Below, in pieces: positions 20,013 through 28,982 of a stretch of DNA of 64,000 bases. The notes beneath the pieces were generated by a model. It made no database searches, had not been told where the DNA came from, and saw only the letters and a list, made by a program, of their open reading frames with translations. Each line of letters opens with the position of its first letter. Position 1 is the first letter of the stretch. This DNA is from Bdellovibrionales bacterium (GTDB lineage: Bacteria; Bdellovibrionota; Bdellovibrionia; Bdellovibrionales; JAUICD01). The stretch spans positions 128,001-192,000 of the forward strand of contig CBDANC010000015.1 of NCBI GenBank assembly GCA_965197425.1, in the 5' to 3' direction. A program made the position numbers and the translations under genes.

Positions 20013-20722
20013 ATACATTGGTTTTATCTTCAGGGCTGGGTTCCAGGTTAAGGCCTATTACTTATCATACACCTAAGCCTATGGTGAAGATTTTGGATCT
20101 TCCAATGGTGTGTTTTAGTATGTACCCTTTAATTCCATATACAAATACTTTTGTATTTAATCTGAGTTATTTGGCATCAAAATTACACAATGCTCTTTTA
20201 GGTATTCCTGTTAAAAAACAATTTGTCATGGAGGGAGACAAGCCTTTAGGTGTTACAAAAGGAATTTTAAATGCTAAATCTTTTTTAGAAGATGGTGAAA
20301 ATTTTTTTGTTGTAAATGCTGACACTGTATTTTTGCCAGAAAAGAAAGATTTTATAAAACAGTGTTTAGATTTTCATAATAATAGTAATTCCATTGCTAC
20401 ATTCGTTGTTATGGATTTTGAGTCAGATCATATAAAATTGGCAATAGATGATGAGAATACCTTAGTAGGGGTAAAAAAGGATAAGGGATTTCATTTTATA
20501 GGGTATTATATTTTAAACAAAAAATTTTTTGAGTTTTTGTCTTATGATTCTGATCTATTTAAATGTGTTCTTAAAGCTGGTAAGACTAATAATGTAAAAT
20601 GTTTTGTTTCAAAAGGGCTTTGGTTTGAAGTCGGTAATGGGACATCTTTAATAGAAGCAAGAAATTTTTTAAAAGGATATTCTAATACTTATTTAGAAGA
20701 ACTTTTGAAATTTTATAGATAA
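20009..20722 (+). CDS. murU: Nucleotidyltransferase, probable MurNAc-alpha-1-P uridylyltransferase
   Basis: LSSGLGSRLRPITYHTPKPMV, VVNAD; ATGA-coupled to amgK. Confidence 0.7.
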   Translation: MNTLVLSSGLGSRLRPITYHTPKPMVKILDLPMVCFSMYPLIPYTNTFVFNLSYLASKLHNALLGIPVKKQFVMEGDKPLGVTKGILNAKSFLEDGENFFVVNADTVFLPEKKDFIKQCLDFHNNSNSIATFVVMDFESDHIKLAIDDENTLVGVKKDKGFHFIGYYILNKKFFEFLSYDSDLFKCVLKAGKTNNVKCFVSKGLWFEVGNGTSLIEARNFLKGYSNTYLEELLKFYR

Positions 20723-20733
20723 AATTAAGTGTT

Positions 20734-21603
20734 CTAATTAGCTTTATTGTCTATCCACCATCTAGATTTTTGGGCTGACATTTTGGTACTGGGTTTCATT
20801 GCCAGGGCTCTTTTATTGTATTGTCTTTTGATCATATCAAAGATATTGTCTCCTGATACGCCTATTTTTTCTTTACCGTGCGTTACGCTTAGTCCTTTTA
20901 CATCTTCTTTTTTTGGTTGTTGAGGTAGGTTAAATAATGAAGAGAAGTCTGGCATTTTGTAATCCATGCTACTGGGGTTATAGCTATAAGAGTTAGGATT
21001 CGGCATGCTGTTTCTGATAGAGTTAGATGCGACTTGATGTTTTTTTAGAGCTTCATTATATTTTTTTCGAAAACCGTTTGTGATTCTTTTTTCTATTTTA
21101 CTCATCTCTGATTGTAGTTTATTGAATTCTTGAGGTGTAAAACCTGCATTCAAAAACTTCTCACGATTTTTGAGATCTTGTATATCAATTGATTTTCCTT
21201 TTGGTGTTTTTATCTTTCCAGTTTTTTGTTCTATCAAATAGCCCATATCTTCTAATTTGGATTGCATTTGTTGAAGTTTTGGGTCTGTGTAGGTATTTTG
21301 ATTTATGAGTGTTTGGGCGTAATCTGGCATTTCGTAGCCATCGGGCTTAATGTGATCTGCCGTTTTAAAGGAGCTCAGGGCTTGCTTCCCGCTTAATAAT
21401 GCTTGGCCTGTATGTACAGTTGCAAGAACACAACTAAATCCTGGTGAGGCCAGGCACTTTGCTCCTTGATCGACGGCTTCTTTGGTATTTATTGTAGAGC
21501 TGCTCATTCCGGTAATACCTGTTAGCATGGCTGAGTCAAACATGTCGTTTGCATAGATAAATAGTGGAAATATGAATGTTGTAACAAAAATGGTTTTCTT
21601 CAT
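20734..21603 (-). CDS. Hypothetical secreted protein
   Basis: Signal peptide (…FIYA), helical body, C-terminal IGVSGDNIFDMIKRQY. Confidence 0.7.
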   Translation of the reverse strand: MKKTIFVTTFIFPLFIYANDMFDSAMLTGITGMSSSTINTKEAVDQGAKCLASPGFSCVLATVHTGQALLSGKQALSSFKTADHIKPDGYEMPDYAQTLINQNTYTDPKLQQMQSKLEDMGYLIEQKTGKIKTPKGKSIDIQDLKNREKFLNAGFTPQEFNKLQSEMSKIEKRITNGFRKKYNEALKKHQVASNSIRNSMPNPNSYSYNPSSMDYKMPDFSSLFNLPQQPKKEDVKGLSVTHGKEKIGVSGDNIFDMIKRQYNKRALAMKPSTKMSAQKSRWWIDNKAN

Positions 21604-22898
21604 GGAAGAAGAATTCCTCTTTTTTCGTTAATTGACCGTGTTACTTTTTGAAAGTTACTTTCTCCGTTTGCAGTTGATATACCGGTGGAGTTTGTTGGTT
21701 TGTTTACGCTTGCTATGCTTCTTTGTTTAGCTTTTTCTCCTCCAGGAAGAAATTTCTTTAAATCAAAAAAGCTGGACTTGCCTCCGCCGAATCCATCTAA
21801 ATTAGATGAAGGGGAAGCATTAGATGGGGTGCCGTCTGTATATCCTCCGCCACCGCTTCCGCCGCTACCTCCGCCGCCACCTCCAGCAGATTGTACTCCT
21901 CCTAAAATGTCTGTGTCATAGCCAGGGCTTCCTCCTGAAGCTCCACCAGATGAGCCTCCACCGGAGTCACTGCTTCCGCCACCTCCTCCGCCAAGGCCAC
22001 CGCCGCCTCCACCTGGAGGGCTAAATCCACCGCTTCCGTTAGCTCCTTGGGATCCAAAGTCTGCTGGCTCTTCGTCTCTAAGTAGCTCATCTAGATCGTA
22101 GTTTTCATCTCCAAAGCCTTGGTTTTGTTGTTGACTGAAAGGGTCCATGTTCATGTTACCGGCTGCTCCACTGCACATAGGTGATGATGGATCTCTTAGG
22201 CATGCACAAGCTGGTTTATTGAAGTGTTCAGGTTTCCCACAATCTTCTGGAGATATGTTGCCACCTGCGGCAGCTGCATTTTGGTTTGATTCATCTTCCA
22301 TCTTCTTACAGGAGTCCATCATCCTTTTAACATTTGCGCCACTTAAAGCAGTCTGTGCTGTTAGTTGCCATTTGAAATCGCTAAATTCTTTACACTTTCT
22401 CTGGCTTACAATCCAACTAGTAAGGCCATTACCAGTAAGGCCAATGCTCTCAGGGTCCGCTGCACAAGCTGAATTACAAGCTGATACAGCCTGCCAGCAT
22501 TTACCAGTTAAGAATCCATTCATAGCAGCAGACAGCCATGTGGTACCTTCTAAAATATCACATGTCTTTTTCATATCATTAGATGCATAGGCAGACCCCA
22601 GAGCTGGTAGCATAGTTGTAAGTGCGGTAAGCCCACCTCCTACAGTGGACATATCACCCATGCACCATCTTTCCGCTGCACTAACCGCATTATGACAAGC
22701 ATTTAGTAGGTTCGTTGGCTCGTTAGGTGCAACTTCTCTAATAATGTTTAGTGTTGGAATATGTTGTTGGATTGTTCTATCTGTCTCTGGTAAGTAAGAG
22801 GGGTCTGGATCTCCTTCTGAGTTTTGTGAGTACAAATTGGTGGAAACTCCACTCGTAATGGCTAAAAATGCCAATAAAGCTAACCTTAAAAAATTCAC
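21600..22898 (-). CDS. Hypothetical secreted Cys-containing, Gly/Ser-rich protein
   Basis: Signal peptide, paired Cys, long poly-Gly/Ser segment, C-terminal ISTANGESNFQKVTRSI. Confidence 0.75.
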   Translation of the reverse strand: MNFLRLALLAFLAITSGVSTNLYSQNSEGDPDPSYLPETDRTIQQHIPTLNIIREVAPNEPTNLLNACHNAVSAAERWCMGDMSTVGGGLTALTTMLPALGSAYASNDMKKTCDILEGTTWLSAAMNGFLTGKCWQAVSACNSACAADPESIGLTGNGLTSWIVSQRKCKEFSDFKWQLTAQTALSGANVKRMMDSCKKMEDESNQNAAAAGGNISPEDCGKPEHFNKPACACLRDPSSPMCSGAAGNMNMDPFSQQQNQGFGDENYDLDELLRDEEPADFGSQGANGSGGFSPPGGGGGGLGGGGGGSSDSGGGSSGGASGGSPGYDTDILGGVQSAGGGGGGSGGSGGGGYTDGTPSNASPSSNLDGFGGGKSSFFDLKKFLPGGEKAKQRSIASVNKPTNSTGISTANGESNFQKVTRSINEKRGILLP

Positions 22899-22954
22899 TT
22901 ATATACCCTCACTTATAGACGATCTACAGCTCATGTACCTTCGGCAAATTTCGA

Positions 22955-23112
22955 ACTAAAGGTGAGCTTAATGAGGCAAAAAACAAGGAGGCTTTGCCTA
23001 CCTTTTTTTGCCGAGTGGCTCCTTCCTGGTGGGCCTCATGGCTGATTCCTCTGTTCGGGTATTCTGGCATTCCGGAACTCAAGCAACCAGTCAGTGTTAA
23101 CCTCACCTTCAC
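22955..23112. repeat. Two back-to-back type-B hairpin repeat elements
   Basis: Minus-strand GGAGCCACTCGGCAAAAAAAGGTAGGCAAAGCCTCCTTGTTTTTTGCCTCATTAAGCTCACCTTTAGT, then a plus-strand hairpin ending GTTAACCTCACCTT. Confidence 0.75.
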
Positions 23113-23182
23113 ACTGTATTTTATTGGGATTTTCTAAAAAAAGTTATAGCAATGTGTATCTTGTTTGCTATGATCTTGTTTC

Positions 23183-23335
23183 ATGGGATGGGGCTTTCGA
23201 AACAAGAACTCTCACAGGGGTATTGACAGTAGTGCTGTTGGTGGTGTTGCTGATAAAGAAGCTAATACTAAAAACACTAGTAATAACGAATATTTAGCTG
23301 TACCCCCCCCTCTAAAATTCCGCACAGAGGTTTAA
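23183..23335 (+). CDS. 50-aa ORF spanning a C8 tract; candidate out-of-frame N-terminus of the giant pilin-like gene
   Basis: ATG 23183 MGWGFRNK...YLAVPPPLKFRTEV*; with C9 at 23303-23310 it would continue in frame into the prepilin ORF. Confidence 0.45.
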   Translation: MGWGFRNKNSHRGIDSSAVGGVADKEANTKNTSNNEYLAVPPPLKFRTEV

Positions 23336-26300
23336 AGTTACGCTTAAGTAATGCATATTTCAAACAGAATAAAAGTTGGTTTAAGCCACTATTAAAATGC
23401 CTCCGCCTGCAAGGTGGTAAATGCCTCCATCTGCAAGGTGGTGGGTACTCTACTGGTGGTAAATGCCCCCACCTGCAAGGTGGTGGATACTCCACTGGTG
23501 GTGGTTTTACTTTAATAGAGACTGTAGTTGGTTTAGCCTTAGTATCCATATCTGGTTTTGTAGTTACATTTATATCTGGTCAGATGAACACGGCATCTAA
23601 GTTGACTGATGATTCCTATGAATGTGCAGCTATAGCTACTAATGTAATGGAGAGATTTTCTCAGGGTGGCTTAGAGCCTATTGTTTTGCTTAACTCAGAG
23701 CATTTCCCTGGTACTCCTCCTACTGATTTTGAAGCAGCTATAGAAGAAAGAAGCACTATATCTGTAAACACTAGTGGAGAGGCTACTCATAATGCTGGTC
23801 CTAATCTTGTTATAGAGCCTCATGGTAGTAATAGTCACATTACTTTGAAAGTAGATAAGTTTCATAGAGGTAGTGGTGTTAGTTTAGTAGAAGATTTATT
23901 TAACGAGTACCGTTCTACCATATGTCCATCTAATGTAGATAACCTGACCTTTGATCTTGCTAATGATATGGTGATTACCTACAAGGCTGGTAACACTGCT
24001 AAGCTGATAGACTTACATAAGAAGCTAGATGATGTAAAACCAGCAACTCCAGGACCTGAACCTGATTACTATAAGGAAATGGCTGATGCTAATTTATCTT
24101 CTAATAACTATGCTTGGGATACTTTTACCTCTGAGTACTTATATGGTTTATCCAAGAGTCTCAAAAATGCCTTAAATTTGCATCTCTTAGCAGGTTTTAC
24201 TGATTATAGTACTAGTTATACTAATACTGCTCAGCCATATGATGTGAAGATAGGTATAAGGCCTTGGAGTTTATCTAATCGTAGTGCTCTTGGTTGTACT
24301 GATACTAAGGTTCATCCAGCAGTCTTTTTAAGACCTGGTTCTAAATATGACAGATACATTACAGATAGTATTTTAGGCACCAACGAATTAGAGAGACAGA
24401 ATAAGATTGGTTATAAGCTGGAGAGGAGTCTAACTTCAGCTAAGATGAGGTCAGATGTAGGTTTGAAGTTATTTGTTGAAGTTAAAACAAGACCTGGTGT
24501 GGATAAGTTAGAAAGATCCTGTAAGTCAAATAAGTTATTTGCTTATGCTAACAGCTTTGCAGTTCCTCCATCTAGAAGACCTGTATATGTTCACCATGAC
24601 AGAGAGATTAAAGATGGTTCTAATGATTTTATAGCTTCCACAACTCACCCTCTTCAAAACAACCCTGGTTTAAATGTTGGTTATAAGTATGGTGCTGCTG
24701 ATTCTATCCCTACTAAGCCTGATGGTGCTACTCATGCTACTCTTAGTGATTATGCTACAGAAGCTACATTAAACTTTAGGAATATTGGTAAGGTTTGGAG
24801 AGATGTAAACAACCCTAGTTCCTTTGCTGATGATGAGGAAGATTTTAGAGGGGTCTTTTTATGTGGTTTTGAGAAGAATCGTTTTGAAGACTGTGTTAAA
24901 GGCCCCCCCGATTGTGATGATATACCAGGTTTAAGCTCCTATAGGACTTTTGGTACTAATGGTGCACATAAGGCTGGTATAAGAAGCTATGATACTGAGT
25001 ATGGTAGTAGAGATGGCTCCGTAAACTCATCTAGGAGATGGGATTTATGTGAGAACTTTAAGCTTACCCCCAGTCAATCTAATAATTCTACCACACTAAA
25101 AGCCAGTGCATCCAATGTAGATGATGGTAAGTTAGGACTTGAGTTAGATAATTTAAATGTATCCAGTTGGCCTGATGAAGATCAGGATGCTGATTATAGA
25201 GTTAGATTTAAGTTAGTAGATGAATATGGTAATGATTACTCTGCCACAGAAAATGGACAGATACAGGAGGATGATTATACCGAGGAGCATAGAGTTTTTG
25301 CCTACAACTGTGCACAGTTTGGTAATACTCATGCTTCTGGTAGTTATCAAAATCCCCCTATAGGCTGTGGAGTTATAAATCCTGATCCTAATATTGCTAA
25401 GTACAACCGTAGGATAGATAATCCTTTCTATAATACCCAAGCAGATTGTGAACATCAGTTTAACCTACTTTCCAGCCCCAGTGCTCAATGTGTGAAAGTT
25501 ACTAATATTAGGGTTTACAATGATTATTTTGATGATTCCATAGAGGAGAGGACAGGTCCTGCGAACAGCCCTGTTCGTCCTGTTAATGGTACTGGAGTTA
25601 CCTGTGATTATTGGGTTGAGCAATGTGTAAAAGATGGTACAGCCTGTGTGCAATGTGGCCAAGGTTATATGCGTGATTATCCTAATGCCACAAGACAATC
25701 TTGTCATGGAGGTTCTGCAAGCTTAGGTGGAGTTACCTGTTATAAAGCAGGCTCTCATTGTTGTCATAATGATTATGGTAGTTTTAACTGTTTTACAGGT
25801 AAGGATCCTTGTTCAAATCCTAATGGTTGTGGATTTAACCAAGATCCTACCTGTGGAGCTACCTGTGGTGATAACGGCCACGGATGTAATATTTGTACAG
25901 GAGCTACTCCTTGTAACACAGCTGGTTGTGATAGTTGTAGTTTTGGTACTGCTGGAGTTTGTCAATATAAGTGTAGTTTCCCTACTCAGTACTGTGATGG
26001 TGCTAGTAATTGTGTAGAATGTCTGAATGACGGCCACTGTGGTGGTAATGATATATGTTGTTCTTACAGTTGTAAGGCCCCATGTAGTCCAGATTCTGAT
26101 CAATGTGAGGAGTGTGCTAGTGATTGTGCATCTCCTCATTCAATATGTGGTTCTGGTGAAGGGTGTAATGGTAGTGGGTGTTGTGTAGAGCTACCGCCTT
26201 GGTGTAATCCTGCATGTACAGGTACAGATATATGTTGTGGTACTGGTACTTGTCAGTCTAGTTGTGCTCCCCTGAATGTTGGTGCATGTACTTCTGGTAA

Positions 26301-28719
26301 TACACCTCCGCCTCCATGTCCTGGTGGTCAGATAATGTGTGGTGGTAGTTGTAGGATTGCAGCTTGTAATAATGATAATGACTGTAATTCAGGTGAGACC
26401 TGTCAGAATGGAGGAAGTTGTACTGCTACATGTGCAGGTGTTACCTGTGGTACTGGTAGTATGACGGGCTATCCTAATTCTCCTCCTGATCCAGGGTGTG
26501 GAGCTACAAGTAGAATCGCAAGTGGTGTAGAATGCTGGACAGATCCAAATTGTACAGGAAGTACTCCGAACTGCTGTGGCACAACTTGTCAGGCCACTTG
26601 TGGCTGTACCTCAGATATTGAGTGCTCTGTGCCTACACCGGCTACTCCGTGTTGTGTTGGTACTACCTGTGCTGCTGCAGCTTGTACAGTAGATCCTAAT
26701 AATTGTGTAACATGTCCTACTGGCTCGTGTGGTACTCCAGTTACAGGGCCAGCAACTTGTACGGCGGACCCGAATACATGTACCACATGTCCTAATGGTC
26801 CATGTGGTACTCCAGTTACAACAACTCCTTGTGGTCCATGTAACCCACCAACTTGCACGCCGGATCCTGATAATTGTGTAACATGTCCTACTGGCTCATG
26901 TGGTACTCCAGTGACGGGAACAGCAACTTGTACGGCGGACCCGAATACATGTACTACATGTTCTAATGGCCCATGTGGTACTCCAGTTACAACAACTCCT
27001 TGTGGTCCATGTACTTCTAATAGTGACTGTGCTGATCCAGCTAAGCCGAATTGTTGTGGTGGAAGCTGTCAAGCAGTCACTTGCGTAAGTACACCATGTA
27101 CTTCTAATGGTGACTGTGCTGATCCAGCTAAGCCGAATTGTTGTGGTGGAAGCTGTCAAGCAGCTACTTGTCCAGTAAACTGTGGTACACCTACTTGTGA
27201 TGACTGTGAGACACAACAAAATTGTACTGGAACAGGGTGGACCTGTGCACCTAAAACTGATGGAACTAGTTGTGGCACATGTGGAACATGCAGTAGCGGG
27301 TCTTGTAATGAACCGGCTACTTGTCCAGTAAACTGTGGTACACCTACTTGTGATGACTGTGAGACACAACAAAATTGTACTGGAACAGGGTGGACCTGTG
27401 CACCTAAAACTGATGGAACTAGTTGTGGCACATGTGGAACATGCAGTAGCGGGTCTTGTAATGAACCGGCTACTTGTCCAGTAAACTGTGGTACACCTAC
27501 TTGTGATGACTGTGAGACACAACAAAATTGTACTGGAACAGGGTGGACCTGTGCACCTAAAACTGATGGAACTAGTTGTGGCACATGTGGAACATGCAGT
27601 AGCGGGTCTTGTAATGAACCGGCTACTTGTCCAGTAAACTGTGGTACACCTACTTGTGATGACTGTGAGACACAACAAAATTGTACTGGAACAGGGTGGA
27701 CCTGTGCACCTAAAACTGATGGAACTAGTTGTGGCACATGTGGAACATGCAGTAGCGGGTCTTGTAATGAACCGGCTACTTGTCCAGTAAACTGTGGTAC
27801 ACCTACTTGTGATGACTGTGAGACACAACAAAATTGTACTGGAACAGGGTGGACCTGTGCACCTAAAACTGATGGAACTAGTTGTGGCACATGTGGAACA
27901 TGCAGTAGCGGGTCTTGTAATGAACCGGCTACTTGTCCAGTAAACTGTGGTACACCTACTTGTGATGACTGTGAGACACAACAAAATTGTACTGGAACAG
28001 GGTGGACCTGTGCACCTAAAACTGATGGAACTAGTTGTGGCACATGTGGAACATGCAGTAGCGGGTCTTGTAATGAACCGGCTACTTGTCCAGTAAACTG
28101 TGGTACACCTACTTGTGATGACTGTGAGACACAACAAAATTGTACTGGAACAGGGTGGACCTGTGCACCTAAAACTGATGGAACTAGTTGTGGCACATGT
28201 GGAACATGCAGTAGCGGGTCTTGTAATGAACCGGCTACTTGTCCAGTAAACTGTGGTACACCTACTTGTGATGACTGTGAGACACAACAAAATTGTACTG
28301 GAACAGGGTGGACCTGTGCACCTAAAACTGATGGAACTAGTTGTGGCACATGTGGAACATGCAGTAGCGGGTCTTGTAATGAACCATCACCCTGTCCATG
28401 TACCTCCGATAGCGAATGTGGTGCGGGTGAAAGATGTTGTTCTGGTGACTGCATAGAACCTGCTTGTAGCAGTGATGGTGATTGCAATTCAGGTGAAACT
28501 TGTGAAAATCCAGGAGATTGTAATGCCAGTTGTGTTGATCCGTGTGACGGTGCAAGAGATTGTCAGGCTAGTAATGCTTTCGATGTCAGTGATTTGTCGA
28601 GTTGCACGGCGTGGGCAATTGGAGCAGGCTTGGGTGAATGTAACCCGCTACCACCAAGTTGCGAAGCATTCTATCATAACAGCACACTTTGTTGTTATGT
28701 AGCTGTGTGCGGATTTTAG
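23287..28719 (+). CDS. Giant Cys-rich type IV pilin-like surface protein (start uncertain)
   Basis: Frame is open from 23287; G|FTLIETVVGLALVSISGFVVTFISG prepilin motif (Phe codon 23506) lies upstream of the ORF-track ATG 23584; C-terminal ~1000 aa are Cys-rich repeats. Confidence 0.85.
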   Translation, partial: RIFSCTPPSKIPHRGLKLRLSNAYFKQNKSWFKPLLKCLRLQGGKCLHLQGGGYSTGGKCPHLQGGGYSTGGGFTLIETVVGLALVSISGFVVTFISGQMNTASKLTDDSYECAAIATNVMERFSQGGLEPIVLLNSEHFPGTPPTDFEAAIEERSTISVNTSGEATHNAGPNLVIEPHGSNSHITLKVDKFHRGSGVSLVEDLFNEYRSTICPSNVDNLTFDLANDMVITYKAGNTAKLIDLHKKLDDVKPATPGPEPDYYKEMADANLSSNNYAWDTFTSEYLYGLSKSLKNALNLHLLAGFTDYSTSYTNTAQPYDVKIGIRPWSLSNRSALGCTDTKVHPAVFLRPGSKYDRYITDSILGTNELERQNKIGYKLERSLTSAKMRSDVGLKLFVEVKTRPGVDKLERSCKSNKLFAYANSFAVPPSRRPVYVHHDREIKDGSNDFIASTTHPLQNNPGLNVGYKYGAADSIPTKPDGATHATLSDYATEATLNFRNIGKVWRDVNNPSSFADDEEDFRGVFLCGFEKNRFEDCVKGPPDCDDIPGLSSYRTFGTNGAHKAGIRSYDTEYGSRDGSVNSSRRWDLCENFKLTPSQSNNSTTLKASASNVDDGKLGLELDNLNVSSWPDEDQDADYRVRFKLVDEYGNDYSATENGQIQEDDYTEEHRVFAYNCAQFGNTHASGSYQNPPIGCGVINPDPNIAKYNRRIDNPFYNTQADCEHQFNLLSSPSAQCVKVTNIRVYNDYFDDSIEERTGPANSPVRPVNGTGVTCDYWVEQCVKDGTACVQCGQGYMRDYPNATRQSCHGGSASLGGVTCYKAGSHCCHNDYGSFNCFTGKDPCSNPNGCGFNQDPTCGATCGDNGHGCNICTGATPCNTAGCDSCSFGTAGVCQYKCSFPTQYCDGASNCVECLNDGHCGGNDICCSYSCKAPCSPDSDQCEECASDCASPHSICGSGEGCNGSGCCVELPPWCNPACTGTDICCGTGTCQSSCAPLNVGACTSGNTPPPPCPGGQIMCGGSCRIAACNNDNDCNSGETCQNGGSCTATCAGVTCGTGSMTGYPNSPPDPGCGATSRIASGVECWTDPNCTGSTPNCCGTTCQATCGCTSDIECSVPTPATPCCVGTTCAAAACTVDPNNCVTCPTGSCGTPVTGPATCTADPNTCTTCPNGPCGTPVTTTPCGPCNPPTCTPDPDNCVTCPTGSCGTPVTGTATCTADPNTCTTCSNGPCGTPVTTTPCGPCTSNSDCADPAKPNCCGGSCQAVTCVSTPCTSNGDCADPAKPNCCGGSCQAATCPVNCGTPTCDDCETQQNCTGTGWTCAPKTDGTSCGTCGTCSSGSCNEPATCPVNCGTPTCDDCETQQNCTGTGWTCAPKTDGTSCGTCGTCSSGSCNEPATCPVNCGTPTCDDCETQQNCTGTGWTCAPKTDGTSCGTCGTCSSGSCNEPATCPVNCGTPTCDDCETQQNCTGTGWTCAPKTDGTSCGTCGTCSSGSCNEPATCPVNCGTPTCDDCETQQNCTGTGWTCAPKTDGTSCGTCGTCSSGSCNEPATCPVNCGTPTCDDCETQQNCTGTGWTCAPKTDGTSCGTCGTCSSGSCNEPATCPVNCGTPTCDDCETQQNCTGTGWTCAPKTDGTSCGTCGTCSSGSCNEPATCPVNCGTPTCDDCETQQNCTGTGWTCAPKTDGTSCGTCGTCSSGSCNEPSPCPCTSDSECGAGERCCSGDCIEPACSSDGDCNSGETCENPGDCNASCVDPCDGARDCQASNAFDVSDLSSCTAWAIGAGLGECNPLPPSCEAFYHNSTLCCYVAVCGF
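23395..23502 (+). repeat. Tandem repeat (24 + 42 + 42 bp) in the prepilin leader, encoding KC(L/P)(R/H)LQGG(GYSTGG)
   Basis: AAATGCC..C..CTGCAAGGTGGT units read directly; contains GTGGATACTCCAC at 23483-23495. Confidence 0.9.
26680..27162 (+). repeat. Degenerate coding duplications in the giant protein: 2 x 171 bp and 2 x 87 bp
   Basis: DPxNCVTCPTGSCGTPVTG...CGPC at 26692 and 26863; CTSNxDCADPAKPNCCGGSCQA twice at about 27007 and 27094. Confidence 0.88.
27163..28385 (+). repeat. 8 x 153-bp tandem repeat (51-aa unit with 10 Cys)
   Basis: TGTGGTACACC recurs at 27181, 27334, 27487, 27640, 27793, 27946, 28099, 28252; no differences between units seen by eye. Confidence 0.97.
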
Positions 28720-28822
28720 TTTCAAAGACGAGTGAAAATAAAATACACCTCAATTTTCAAGTCATCTTGTTGTAGTTCTAATAAACTTTGAGGTGCGTAA
28801 GGCCGTCACCAAAAACTAGCGG

Positions 28823-28844
28823 AACCCCGAGGACTGGGGTTTTT
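28823..28844 (+). terminator. Possible intrinsic terminator downstream of the giant pilin-like gene
   Basis: AACCCC-GAGGACT-GGGGTT followed by TTT; short stem. Confidence 0.35.
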
Positions 28845-28982
28845 AATGAAGTGACTGTATCAAAGTCTAATTCGTATAGTAAAAACAGGTTCGCTTTTAA
28901 GTAACAGGATCGATTGTGAAGTCTCATAGGAACATTAGGTCTACGACAAAAAAATAACAAATGAATTTTTTGCTAAGCATGG

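Noticed and set aside
23277..23549. Minus-strand 90-aa ORF with PVEYPPP repeats resembling the Obg tail
   Set aside because: It is antisense to the prepilin leader; the similarity comes from the shared DNA palindrome.
27163..28385. CRISPR-like periodicity
   Set aside because: Units are contiguous in-frame coding repeats with no unique spacers, and no cas genes are present.
26896..28487. Long minus-strand ORFs of 464 and 443 aa
   Set aside because: They are antisense shadows of the 153-bp repeat array, which happens to lack stops in those frames.
28720..28982. Possible ncRNA or IS remnant between the convergent giant genes (also 47162-47371 and 60120-60266)
   Set aside because: Somewhat GC-richer patches, but no recognisable family motif or convincing extended structure by eye.
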